64,000 bases of DNA from Octopus sinensis (lineage: Eukaryota): NCBI RefSeq assembly GCF_006345805.1, contig NC_043008.1, positions 14,446,001 through 14,510,000 on the forward strand. The letters are read 5' to 3'. The notes beneath the pieces were generated by a model. The model saw only the letters and a list, made by a program, of their open reading frames with translations. It was not told the DNA's origin and did no database searches. The translations under genes and the position numbers were made by a program. This document shows, piece after piece, positions 1 through 11,830 of the stretch. The first letter of the stretch is position 1, and every line of letters starts with the position of its first letter.

Positions 1-59
1 CACCACAGAAATTTCAATTAATTCTTTCTTTCCGCTATTCGGGTACAAAGCACGAAATT

Positions 60-740
60 TTACTGAGAAAAAAGAATTGATTTCATCGACTCCAGTGCTC
101 GACTGGTATTTATTTTATCGAAAGGCGGCGAGCTGGCAGAAACGTTAGCACGCCGGACCATAATGCTTAGCGGTATTTCGTCTGCCGTTACGTTCTGAGT
201 TCAAATTCCGCTGAGGTCGACTTTGCCTTTCATCCTTTCGGGGTCGATAAATTAAGTACCAGTTACGCACTGGGGTCGATGTAATCAACTTAATCCGTTT
301 GTCTGTCCTTGTTTGTCCTCTCTGTGTTTAGCCCCTTGTGGGTAGTAAAGAAATAGGTATTTATTTTATCGAAAGGCGGCGAGCTGGCAGAAACGTTAGC
401 ACGCCGGGCAAAATGCTTAGCGGTATTTCGTCTGCCGTTACGTTCTGAGTTCAAATTCCGCCGAGGTCGACTTTGCCTTTCATCCTCTCGGGGTCGATAA
501 ATTAAGTACCAGTTACGCACTGGGGTCGATGTAATCGACTTAATCCGTTTGTCTGTTCTTGTTTGTCCCCTCTGTGTTTAGCCCCTTGTGGGTAGTAAAG
601 AAATAGGTATTTATTTTATCGACACCGAAACGATGAAAGGCAAAGTCGACCTCGACTGAAATTGAACTCACAACGCAAAACTGGAAGACATGCCGCCAAG
701 AAGTTTTGTCCATCACACTAACATTTCTACCAGGCAACCA
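60..740 (-). mobile_element. Older S1 SINE on the minus strand, interrupted by the dimer at 122-605
   Basis: Joining 60-121 to 623-740 restores the reverse-complement core ATCGAC-CCGAAA-GATGAAAGGCAAAGTCGACCTCG. Confidence 0.75.
122..605 (+). mobile_element. Tandem dimer of tRNA-derived SINE family S1 (tail A), about 250-bp units, inserted into an older antisense S1 copy
   Basis: Two near-identical units (head GGCGGCGAGCTGGCAGAAACGTTAGC, B-box-like GAGTTCAAATTCC, core GTCGACTTTGCCTTTCATCCTTTCGGGGTCGATAAATTAAGTACCAG). The 17-mer GGTATTTATTTTATCGA occurs at 105-121, 356-372 and 606-622. Confidence 0.9.
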
Positions 741-872
741 TCTTTGCAATTTTAATTGATTAAAATTCCTATACTTCTGCACAGCAATATGCAAAAGAGG
801 ACGTGATAGTAAGATAAGGAACGAAGAAAATTATATTTCTTAATCTTATAGTTATTATCTATAATAGTATTG

Positions 873-1297
873 GGATCTTTTCGGTTTGAACGGCAGTTTT
901 AACATAATTTCTAGGTAACTAAAAAATTTTAAACTTCGCATACTGGTAGAATGTGTTTATAAAACATCTTTTTCTCTTGGCTTTATTGAGAAGATTCTAT
1001 AGTTTGGAAGATATTTGTTGTTTGTTTTCTTCAATTTCTGCAATTTCAACCAATCAATGACCGTCTATTGGGGTGAAAATATTTTGTGCCGTATGAATAT
1101 GTCCCTCGTTTAAGAAACAGATTGAGTTTATTTACATTTCTGAAGAAAAAAAATAACCTTCCCCCCACCCCTAACCCTAACTAAGCCTAACCCTAAAATA
1201 GATTGAAATGCAATAGATCGATACTAGGGTCATAATTATGGGTGACAAATTCATATGACACCGCTAGAAAAAACTGCCGTTCAAACCGAAAAGATCC
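873..1297. mobile_element. MITE with ~29-bp TIRs, 9-bp TSD and internal telomere-like (CCCTAA)n (hAT- or MULE-type)
   Basis: TIR GGATCTTTTCGGTTTGAACGGCAGTTTT / AAAACTGCCGTTCAAACCGAAAAGATCC. TSD ATAGTATTG at 864-872 and 1298-1306. A second copy lies at 27422-27852. Confidence 0.9.
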
Positions 1298-1850
1298 ATA
1301 GTATTGCACTTTGGTTTACGTATGTAACACTGATTTTGAAACAAATGTACGACATAATCTATTTTGCACGCAGTGTTTATATCATTTTTGAGATAACTAT
1401 CTGATAAACATTGAAGCTCAATCGAAAGAGAATCTATCACTGACATTGTATCTATATCATTCGCGAGTAAATTGGACTGATAAATAAACATTGAATTGCC
1501 AGATAAATACGTTCGTTTTAGGGGATATTTTTTCTAATTGACACTCCATCGTCGTATGTTTGAAAGAAGAAAGATTTTTTCAGATTTCTAAAACGGTACA
1601 CAAAAGTTGTAAAGGAAGAAAGGAGCAACAAAAACCATAAAACACTACAATAAAAATATTTTACAGTGTTAATTCAAATCATATTAAATTAATTCATTGA
1701 ATTAATAACATTGAGTTAATTCCAATAGCATTGGAAAGGATTAAAATAAATGGAAAATAAAACGAACGAATTTATGTGACAAACCAATGTTTTTAAGTAT
1801 TTTAAATTATTAAATTAACTGTAATATAATTATTGATATATCTTTGTGAG

Positions 1851-2238
1851 GTGGAGGCGCAATGGCCCAGTGGTTAGGGCAGCAGACTCGCGGTCATAGA
1901 ATCGCGGTTTCGATTCCCAGACCGGGCGTTGTGAGTGTTTATTGAGCGAAAAAACACCTAAAGCTCCACGAGGCTCTAGCAGGGGATGGTGGTGATCCCT
2001 GCTGTACTCTTTCACCACAACTTTCTCTCACTCTTACTTCCTGTTTCTGTTGTACCTGTATTTCAAAGGGCCGGCCTTGTCACTCTCTGTGTCACGCTGA
2101 ATATCCCCGAGAACTACGTTAAGGATACACGTGTCTGTGGAGTGCTCAGCCACTTACACGTTAATTTCACGAGCAGGCTGTTCCGTTGATTCGGATCAAC
2201 CGGAAACCTCGTCGTCGTAACCGACGGAGTGCTTCCAG
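1851..2238 (+). mobile_element. Full-length tRNA-derived SINE family S2 (long tail)
   Basis: tRNA-like head GGCGCAATGGCCCAGTGGTTAGGGC...GGTTTCGATTCCC. 13-bp TSD ATATCTTTGTGAG at 1838-1850 and 2239-2251. Near-identical copy at 55703-56100. Confidence 0.9.
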
Positions 2239-2781
2239 ATATCTTTGTGAGAATCCACATTTCGGTGGAGCAACCACCGTAATTCCTTCTCTGTGAACGA
2301 GGGTTCAAATCCAGCAATAAGCACTTTGGAAATAAGGATGCAGTGCAGTGTATCAAGACGTTTTAAACTATTATCAACTGTAGCAGAATAACGCTGAAGG
2401 TAGATTATTTCTTCGATTCTGTTCCATAGTTAAGATTTTTTTTAAACTTCGCTATATATATTATACTTTATATATTATACTTTCAACACATTTTATAATT
2501 TTAATCACGTAGAAATTACTGTAGCACTTTCAGGAATATTTTTATTTCTTCGTGTAAAAAATAATAAATAGCAGATAACAATTCTCAAGGAAGAAGTGAC
2601 AAGAAATAAGAAGTGAAAAAGATTATAGTTTTTTTTTTAATATGCTCTTTCTTAACCTTTCAGTACTTCCTATGTGCATTTTATCCTTTACATCATTTTC
2701 AGAATTAAACACCTAAGAAATAATACAGTTTCAGTAGAAATTACGCATTTCATTGTTCTTCACTATTCACCTCCAGCAATC

Positions 2782-3043
2782 ATAGGGCCGGTTTCCTTGG
2801 CGTATAGGTTCCCCACCTGGACGGGACGCCGGTCCGTCGCAGGTGAGCTGCAAGATGCAAGAGGAAAGAGTGAGAGAAAGTTGTGACAAAAGAGTCAGCA
2901 GAAGTTCGCCATTACCTTCTGCCGGAGCCGCGTGGAGCTTAGGTGTTTCGCTCTTAAACACACACATCGCCCTGTCAGAGATTCGAGCCCACGATCCCTC
3001 GACCACGATTCCGCTGCTCTAACCACTAGGCCATGTGCCTCCA
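2782..3043 (-). mobile_element. SINE S2 with V-domain-like tail
   Basis: Reverse complement has the S2 head plus GACGGACCGGCGTCCCGTCCAGG. 11-bp TSD CTCCAGCAATC / CTTCAGCAATC. Confidence 0.8.
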
Positions 3044-3229
3044 CTTCAGCAATCTTAATGTTTACAAAATAACCTTAGAATTTCCACGGTTACTACTAGT
3101 TTTATTCATTGATTTATTTAGCTGTTTTAGTCACTGAACTGCAACTATGCTAGGGTACCGTCTTGAAGAAGTTCTTTTTTTTCTCGAAGAAATCGATCCC
3201 AGTGTTTTTTTGTTTGTTTTTTCAAGTGT

Positions 3230-3510
3230 GTTACTTATCTAACAGTCGCTTTTACCGAACCACTAAATTACGGGTATATAAACAAACCAACACCGGTTGT
3301 ACTGCATTGTGGGGGACAAGCAAAGCACACACACATACTCAAACAGATATATGTGGCTTCTACATAGTTTCCGTTTACCAAATTCACTCGTAAATAAATT
3401 GGTGGGACCAGAACTATTGTAGACAACACTTGCCCAAGATACCGCACAGTTGGATTGAACGCAAAACCAAGTGATTTCAAATTTATCTTCTTAACCAGAC
3501 AGCCATACCG
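3230..3510 (-). mobile_element. Degenerate composite CORE-type SINE S3
   Basis: Contains GACACTTGCCCAAG and TTTCCGTTTACCAAATTCACTC motifs shared with other S3 copies. Confidence 0.65.
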
Positions 3511-4925
3511 TCACGTATATTTATTTCTTGCCAAAGTGGAGACGTTTATTAGAGTGTCGCATAGAATTCCTTGTGGGATTTTTTTCTTTTACGTTCTGAG
3601 TTCAAGTACCGCTGGGTCTCCACTTTGCTTCTCACCACCTTAAATGGAGGCAATACTGGAGTCGGTATAATTGGTCTTACTTCGTCCAAAATGAAACGCC
3701 GAATGTTCCATCATTTTCTGCACTAATGAATCCAGTGTGTGTTATGAAGTGGTTCTCCAGTGACAAAACACATCAGCAATTAATATCTTCATGTTTGATT
3801 CTGCCAGAACGTTTAAAGAATAATAGTTCACCAGACATCGTTCTGATTTCATACTGTTTCGGTTTTTAAAATAGTGTACAACTACAAAAGATGAAGTAAA
3901 ATAACCAGTTTCATAACAAGTTAATAAAAATAAGAAAATGTTTCTTGCGTAAAATTACAACTGAAGATTTTAATTTTAAATAAGATCACATTAAAACAGA
4001 CTGTTTCGTACCATACAACCAAAGATGATGTCAGGTGGATTTGTATGAAGAGGGTTAAAGAGAAAAAGCATAAAGAGAAGTATGGAAAGAAACAGTGGAT
4101 TTCAGCTGCTGAGTTGCCATGATTTTGTTCAGCCGCCATATTTTTTAAAGTATTATAGATTCTATAGACACAATTATTTAATTTGGTCTCTCTCTATTTT
4201 CTTTCCCTGGAACTCTTGACGTCTGCTATCTTACTAAATTGAAAATATCTACTTCTGTCTTGTGTTAAACACATCGAGACTGGTGAGGGGGGGGTCACGG
4301 TGTAGCATAACCATTCGACCATGCTCTGAACATTTCTATGGAGTAAATTAAGCGCTTTATTATATACTGCAGGAGCTATTTTAGATATGATTGATAGATC
4401 AAGATATTTTCGTTGTTTTGTTGTCATTTTTGTTTCTATTGTTGTATTCTTCTTCCTCTTACTTTTCTTATTTGTATTTTACTTGTTATTGTAGTTTTTG
4501 TTTTGTTGCTAGCTGTTTTTAATAATGATTTCTACCATCCGGTTTAAATAAATGCGACTGATAAAAACCAACCGTGGTTAAATTCTCCTTAGCTCGCATT
4601 ATTATTTCAGACAGTCAAAAGCTTATAAAGGTTACCAACCACACACATACACAGAGACTGCAGGCCAGAGAAATTTTTATTAAACAGCTTGGAAATCTTT
4701 ACTTGTACAGGATATGAGTGGTTGAACTTTGAATGGTGATGTATTTTTCATGTAAGATTTTAACATTTATTACATTATCCTCATTGGTTGGTTTTTCGGT
4801 TTCACTACAGTTTCCTGGTTGGAACATTTCTTCGTGGCCCATCACCCATACTTGATTATTGTATTCGTCTAAATCGAAGAAAGTAATTCGACTAAGCTAG
4901 CTACCGTTCTCTTTCTTCCTTTTCT

Positions 4926-4989
4926 TATATATATATATTTATATATATATATATATATATATAACATATATATATATATTTATATATAC

Positions 4990-5020
<31 letters not shown>

Positions 5021-5143
5021 ATATATACATATATATATTACATATATATATACATATATATACATATATTATACATATATATATATATTATATATATACA
5101 TATATATATACATATATATATACATATATATATACATATATAT

Positions 5144-5175
<32 letters not shown>

Positions 5176-5224
5176 CATATATACATATATATATATACAT
5201 ATATATATACATATATATATATAC

Positions 5225-5276
<52 letters not shown>

Positions 5277-5332
5277 CATATATATATTACATATATATAT
5301 ATATACATATACATATATATACATACATATAC

Positions 5333-5390
<58 letters not shown>

Positions 5391-5664
5391 TACATATATT
5401 ATATACATATATATACATATATATACATATATATATATATACCATATATATATATATATATACACATATATATATATACATATATACATATACATATATA
5501 TACATATATATAATACATATATATATATAATCATATATATATATAATACATATATATATAATACATATATATATTATAATACATATATATATATAATACA
5601 TATATATATATATATATAAGAAAGTAATTCGTCTAAACTAGCTATCGTTCTCTTTCTTCCTTTT

Positions 5665-5712
<48 letters not shown>
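4926..5712. repeat. (TA)n/(TACA)n microsatellite with a duplicated unique spacer
   Basis: TA-rich tract. AGAAAGTAATTCG...GCTA-CGTTCTCTTTCTTCCTTTTCTTA appears at ~4878-4927 and again at ~5619-5669. Confidence 0.95.
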
Positions 5713-5716
<4 letters not shown>

Positions 5717-7316
5717 CTTGCTTTCATCTTGTTACTTTCGTTTTTCTCTCTCGATCTCAATGTTTGCCTCTTTCTCGGTCTCTCTGCATCTTGTCATTTC
5801 TCTCTTTCTCGTCATCTCTTTCTCTCATACTTCCTGCCTTTATCTTTTTCTCCTTCATTCTTTTTCCTTCTCTCAATTTTTTTCTCTCAAGTATTGTTGG
5901 ATTAATAACCTTTCGACATCCTAACAAATTGCTGTCAAAGATTAATTTCCTTCATAGTTTTAATTATTAATGTTTATGCTGCTGCTAAGAGTGAAACTTT
6001 GACAGATCACCTGTTAATACCATCGCTATGTTCTATTGTTCAGCTGGAATGGCGAAGCTGCAGAAAGAATTTCCTTTGTCTTCACTCGCTTATCCCCTTC
6101 TGCTTTTGGCTTCCTTTGTATCAGCTTAAGATTTCTCTTCGAAAACGGCAATATTTATTTAAATTAATGAAGTTAGTGATTTATTTTGTTATTGGTCTAT
6201 CACTTAAACTTGCTAAATTATTTAGAGAAGAACCGTTGATAAAAAAAACATGAAGTTGTAGATTAGATACCTGATTATTAAATTTAGACTTAATTGAATG
6301 CCATTAATATATATATATATGTATATATATATAGTGGAAAAAATTTAACCATTTCACGAAGTTGAATCACCTCATGGAGCCTGGATTCGAGGTGTTCAGT
6401 CTATCACGGGTAACTCTCCATGAATTATAGATACCTAACGAAGGAGTATGATGAATAACTAGTCCTGTCCTAAAACAAAATGAAGAGTCTGGACTACACA
6501 TAATTCGATTTGGACTCGGGTTTTTTTTTTTTAGTTTTTTAGTTTCAGCTCAGAGCTGCGGCCATGCTGGTGCACCGCCATTTTGTACAACAGGGGTCGC
6601 CACCCCACCCCACTACCGGAGCCTCGTAGAGCTTTTAGGTGTTTTCGCTCAAATTGCTAAAAAGAGGGTCCCACGGTTTGTTCACTACCACAAACTTCAT
6701 TGGTGCCGGTGTTAACAAGCTTGACATTGTAAAATAGTCTGAAAGTCTTTGACAATTAGAAATTTTGTCAAATTGCTATTCCTCAAGTTTGCGTTTTTTA
6801 GTAACCACTTTACTTTCGTGAATTCCTTTTAAATTGTTATGGATTTTATTCTCGACCGAAAAAAAAAGTGATAATTTTTTTGTTGACCACAGCAAAATAG
6901 AACCTAATTATGGTGGGTGAATGAGATTTAAACAAGGTCAGAATATTTTTATTCAATTTTCCATTTCAAGGATCGGATTATAGCCTAGAGAACAGATGTG
7001 CCCATTGACAGAATAAAAATATTAAGGAAAAAACCTTCAGCTCTTCTCAAAATATTAATTGTGTTACGGTTATTGCTTTATAGAAGTTTTTCTGCAAGCT
7101 GTTAAAATACATCAAATGAAATATTTCCCAATTTTTTTTATCTTACAGAAGTGTTTCTTCATCACTACAAAATCTTACGTGAGCAATTTTACTGAATGCA
7201 GTTTGTATTCACAGAAAACAAAAACAATGTTAAAATATAGGTGTGAAATAGCGCTTTATTGTCAGTTTGAGGGAAGGTGACTAGTCGATTACAGTAACCC
7301 CAGCGCTTGACTAGTA

Positions 7317-7831
7317 TTGGGTTGTCCGGTAAGTTCGTGCCGATTTTTAAAGGAAAGAAAAAGGCCAATAAATACTTGCCATTACATTTTTAATCAACCA
7401 AATATGAACCATTTTGTTTCACAGTGCATCTCCATGGCAAAGAATTCATCATGGTATCTTTTTACGTCATCCGAGGAATTGAATTTTTTACCATTAAGAC
7501 TCTTCTGCAGAGGCCTGAATACGTGGAAACCCGAAGGAGCAATATCTGGTGAATATGGAGGGTGGGGTAACACATCCCAGCCGAGCTGCAGCAATGTTTG
7601 TCTGGTTCCCATAGCATCAGTGCCGAAAATGAACTTTCTTATCTTCCATTTTAAAGGGTTACAGAATTAACACAGGTTATAGGAACATAAACCTTCTTCC
7701 ATGAAAAGATAGCTTAAACTCTGCTCTAAACGGAGGTTTAGTCAAATTCTATTTTATGGACACAACCATGTTCTAAAATAAGTCGAAAGTTAAGCTACTA
7801 TAAATCGGCATGAACTTTCCGGACAACCCAA
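7317..7831 (-). mobile_element. Internally deleted mariner transposon inserted in an S1 SINE
   Basis: TIRs TTGGGTTGTCCGG(T/A)AAGTTC(G/A)TGCCGATTT with TA on both sides. Minus-strand peptide LGWDVLPHPPYSPDIAPSGFHVFRPLQ matches the mariner YSPDLAPSD motif. Confidence 0.93.
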
Positions 7832-8004
7832 TACTATTTTATCGATCCTGAAAGGATGTGAGGCACAGTTGACGCTGAGTAATTTGAACACTTTACCAAG
7901 AGGAATACCATTAGGCACTTTGTCCGACGCGCTAACGATTCTGCTAGCTCGCAGCTTTTTAATTACTTTATAATATTCCTTTCTACTATAGGCACAAGAC
8001 CTGA

Positions 8005-8195
8005 AATTTGGGGAAAGGGAGTCTAGTCGATTACATCGACCATAGTACTCAGCTGGTACTTATTTCATCGACCCCGAACGGATGAAAGGCAAAGTCAACC
8101 TCGGTTGATTTTGAACTCAGAGCGTAAAGACGGAGAAAATGCTTAGTTACATTTTGACCGACGCACTTTACGATTCTGCCAGCTCGCTGCCTCAA
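8005..8195 (-). mobile_element. S1 SINE (tail B)
   Basis: Reverse-complement S1 core ATCGACCCCGAACGGATGAAAGGCAAAGTC and head GATTCTGCCAGCTCGC. Confidence 0.8.
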
Positions 8196-8589
8196 AGTAT
8201 ATTTTAATTGTTGATATTTCGTAAATTTGAAAGAGAAAAAAGCGCAAATAAAAGAAACAATTTAAAATTCAAAAATACAACAAAAGTATTTAAATTTGAA
8301 TTAAATACAATAATGTTTTTTTAGTTCAAACAAACGAAATATTTTGAATAATAGCAAAAACTTTAAAATTAGTATTCATTTTGAAAAAGAAGTTAGTGGG
8401 GAAGCAATGATTATTCTGTGAATGTTCTCGTACATTTGATCTCAGCCGAAAGATCTATCTGTCAGCGAGATTTTTCTCGATAAAAGTAATTTTATAATGT
8501 AAATTGTAAAAGTCAAAATGGCAATTCCAGACAATATAAAGAATTTCTTACTTTTTCCCTAAACTCAGACTTGTGAAAGAACAGTACTT

Positions 8590-9150
8590 TGCATTTGATC
8601 TGTCTTTGCGTTGTGAGTTCAAATTCCGTCGAGGTCGACTTAGTCTTTTATCCTTTCGTGGTCGATGAAATAATGTACCAGTTAAGCACTTGTAATCGAC
8701 TTACCCCAACCCTTGAAATTGCTGGCCTTGTGCCAGAATTTGAACCCATTGTTATTTACCAACTCAGAAGGCGAGCTGGCGGAATCGTAAGCAGAATCGT
8801 AACCACTAGGCCACGAACCACGCACCTTCTCAGCGGTTAATATTATTGGGAGTCTGTAAGACAACGAGCTGGCAGAATTGTTAGCAAGCCGGAAAAAGCG
8901 CTTTGCAACATTTCGTCCGTCTTTCAGTTCTGAGTTCAAATTCAGCCGAGGTTGATTTTACTTTTTTATCCTTTTGGGATCGATAAAATAAGTATCAGTT
9001 GAGCGCTGATGTCGATGTAATTAACTTACCCCCGTCCTAAAAATTGCTGGCTTTGTGCCAAAATTTGAAGTTAATATTATTTGTCACATAAGGGGGCGAG
9101 CTGGCGGAATTGTTAGCAGAATCGGATCGACTGGGCCACGCGCCTTCTTA
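8590..9150 (+). mobile_element. Cluster of degenerate S1 SINE copies and heads
   Basis: Repeated GGCGAGCTGGC(A/G)GAAT heads and GAGTTCAAATTC...GTCGATAAAATAAGTA cores. Confidence 0.75.
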
Positions 9151-9179
9151 GCAGTTAATATTACTGCAGCCTGTAAGAC

Positions 9180-9760
9180 GAGAAACTGGCAGAATCGTTA
9201 ACACGCCGGACCATAATGCTTCGCGGCATTTCATCTGTCTTTACGTTCTGAGTTCAAATTCAGCCGATGTCGACTTTGCCTTTCATCCTTTCGGTGTCGA
9301 TTAAATAAGTACCAGTTACGCACTGAGGTCGATAGAATCGACCTAATCCGTTTGTCTGTCCTTGTTTGTCCTCTCTGTGTTTAGTCCCTTGTGGGTAGTA
9401 AAGAAATAGGCATTTCGTCTGTCTTTAATTTCTGAGTTCAAATTCAGCCGATGTCGACTTTGCTTTTCATCCTTTCGGTGTCGATTAAATAAGTACCAGT
9501 TACGCACTGGAGTCGATGTAATCGACTTAATACCTATGTCTGTCCTTGTTTGTCCTCTCTGTGTTTAGCCCCTTGTGGGTAGTAAAGAAATAGGCATTCC
9601 GTCTGTCTTTACTTTCTGAGTTCAAATTCAGCCGATGTCGAATTTGCCTTTTTTTCCTTTCGTGGTCGATAAAATAGGTATCAGTTGGACACTGGGATCG
9701 AGTCCATCGACTTATCTCTTCCTCTAAATTTGCTGATCTTGTACCAAAATTTAGAACTTA
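9180..9760 (+). mobile_element. S1 SINE array: head-[core-tailA]x2-core-tailB
   Basis: Units of ~184 bp joined at AAAGAAATA|GGCATT (9409, 9593). Confidence 0.85.
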
Positions 9761-10249
9761 TATTCTTCGCCACCAAAAGAAAAGTTATTTGTTGTGTGAT
9801 TGGAGGGAATTGATGTGACCAACGCGTCACTTATTTTAAGTAATTAAACAAAACAGCGTACAGAACCTCGTGATATGACTCCAGCGTTGAAGAACAATCC
9901 CAAACGTAGAGTATCGCAACAGAAGTGAAGTGAGCGTGTTTCTCCTCTATTCTTCTACTCCACAAGTACTCACGATACCTGTTATTAATGATAATTATCT
10001 TAGATTACAGCTATTCTGTATCGGTTTACTGCTAAAATAGTTAACGATCCACTTAATGGGTTCATTAAAAACGCCAACTAATTTTATTTACGAAAACCAA
10101 AACTGAAAACAGAATAATTAAACAAAATGTTCAAAACGAGAAGTTTTCGAAAATTGTTGGTCATTAAATTGTCGAAGAGATTCTTCTGAGTGGGAGGTCA
10201 GGTGAGTCGACAGATTCTGAGGCTGGTTATTTGGTTAGGTTGTTTAAAT

Positions 10250-10660
10250 GAAACATCATCGTTATCATCATCATCATCAGCGTCATCGTCGTCGTCATTA
10301 TCGTTATTGTCATCATGATCGTCATCATCGTCATCATCATCATCAACATCATCATCGTCATCAACATCATCGTCATCAGTATCATCATTATCATCGTGAA
10401 TGTCATCACGATCGTCATTATCATCATCATTGTTGTTATCATTATCAACATCATCATTATCAACATCATCATTATCAACATCATCACCATCGTCACTATC
10501 ATCGTCATCATCGTCGCCGTCGTCGAGATAATAATAACCATCATCACCATCATCATCATCATCATCGCCGTCTTATTATCAAACATCACCATCGTCATCG
10601 TTTTCATTACCGTCATCATCGTCGCCGTCGTCATCGTCACCGTCGCCATCGACTTCATCG

Positions 10661-10695
<35 letters not shown>

Positions 10696-11020
10696 GTCAT
10701 CATACAACATCATCATCATCATCATCATCAACATCATCGTCATCAGTATCATCATTATCATCGTGAATGTCATCACGATCGTCATTATCATCATCATTGT
10801 TGTTATCATTATCAACATCATCATTATCAACATCATCATTATCAACATCATCATTATCAACATCATCATTATCAACATCATCATTATCAACATCATCATT
10901 ATCAACATCATCATTATCAACATCATCATTATCAACATCATCACCATCGTCACTATCATCGTCATCATCATATTCGTCATCATCATCATCAACATTATCC
11001 TCATCATCATCATTATCGTC

Positions 11021-11051
<31 letters not shown>

Positions 11052-11062
11052 ACATTATCGTC

Positions 11063-11100
<38 letters not shown>

Positions 11101-11162
11101 TGTCATCATACATCATCATCATCATCGTTATCATCATATTTGTCATCATCATCATCATCCTT

Positions 11163-11194
<32 letters not shown>

Positions 11195-11400
11195 CATCAA
11201 CATTATCGTCATCATCATCATCGTCATCATCATATTCGTCATCATCATATTCGTCATCATCATCATCATCATCATCATCATTGCTATCGCAGTCAATACG
11301 ATCAGGCTAACTTTCAAAGATATCGCCATGACTACAGCTGCCATCATCGCCATCACCACCATGTCGCACCGTAAACATCAGCCTCATTCTCAATATCATC
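10250..11400. repeat. Degenerate (ATC)n trinucleotide array with internal duplication and 15-bp higher-order repeat
   Basis: The CAT/CGT/TAT triplet block at ~10345-10510 recurs at ~10730-10970, where (ATTATCAACATCATC)n is expanded. Confidence 0.95.
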
Positions 11401-11613
11401 ATTATCAGTGTCGTCACTCAACATCAACATCATTAACATTGCCATTTAAAAAAAGAAGCAAGCGATTAAAACAAAAGTTAACATTTATAATCATCAATAT
11501 CTATATATATGACGTCATAGTCATCATTATCATCAAAAATTATCACCTGCTTACTGAAACTTACAAGTGTAGTAGCGGCAGCAGCAACGGTAGTAGTAGT
11601 AGTAGTAGTTTTT

Positions 11614-11675
11614 CTAATTGGAATGGTATCTTCGTTTCTTTGTCTTGCTCATACGAAGCTCTTCACTGTCTTCAT
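11614..11675 (-). CDS. Candidate terminal coding exon (…(D)[19 protein letters not shown]) of an unidentified gene
   Basis: Minus-strand acceptor CTATTCTTACAG| followed by a short non-repetitive frame with an NLS-like KTKKRR and a stop. No upstream exon could be linked. Confidence 0.25.
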
Positions 11676-11685
11676 CTGTAAGAAT

Positions 11686-11705
11686 AGATAGATAGACAGA
11701 TAGAC

Positions 11706-11766
<61 letters not shown>

Positions 11767-11787
11767 TGTATGTATGTATGTATGTAT

Positions 11788-11830
<43 letters not shown>

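Noticed and set aside
1851-1925. tRNA-like sequences at SINE heads
   Set aside because: A/B boxes are present but there is no complete cloverleaf, and they continue into SINE bodies. Not tRNA genes.
3640-3870. Minus-strand frame loosely resembling phospholipid scramblase (PKQYEIRTMSGELLF…AENDGTFGVSF)
   Set aside because: Internal stops, lacks the expected Cys-rich spacing, and the similarity is too weak to assert by eye.
5069-5601. Long Y/I/M-rich ORFs (also at 15030-15539, 21890-22869, 37668-41671, 45927-46341, 50330-51172)
   Set aside because: They are translations of (TA)n/(CA)n microsatellites, which lack stops in some frames.
10227-11681. Overlapping 150-330 aa poly-His/Ile/Ser/Met/Asp ORFs
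   Set aside because: Expected from (ATC)n, with no unique coding context or splice support. Kept only as a low-interest repeat finding.
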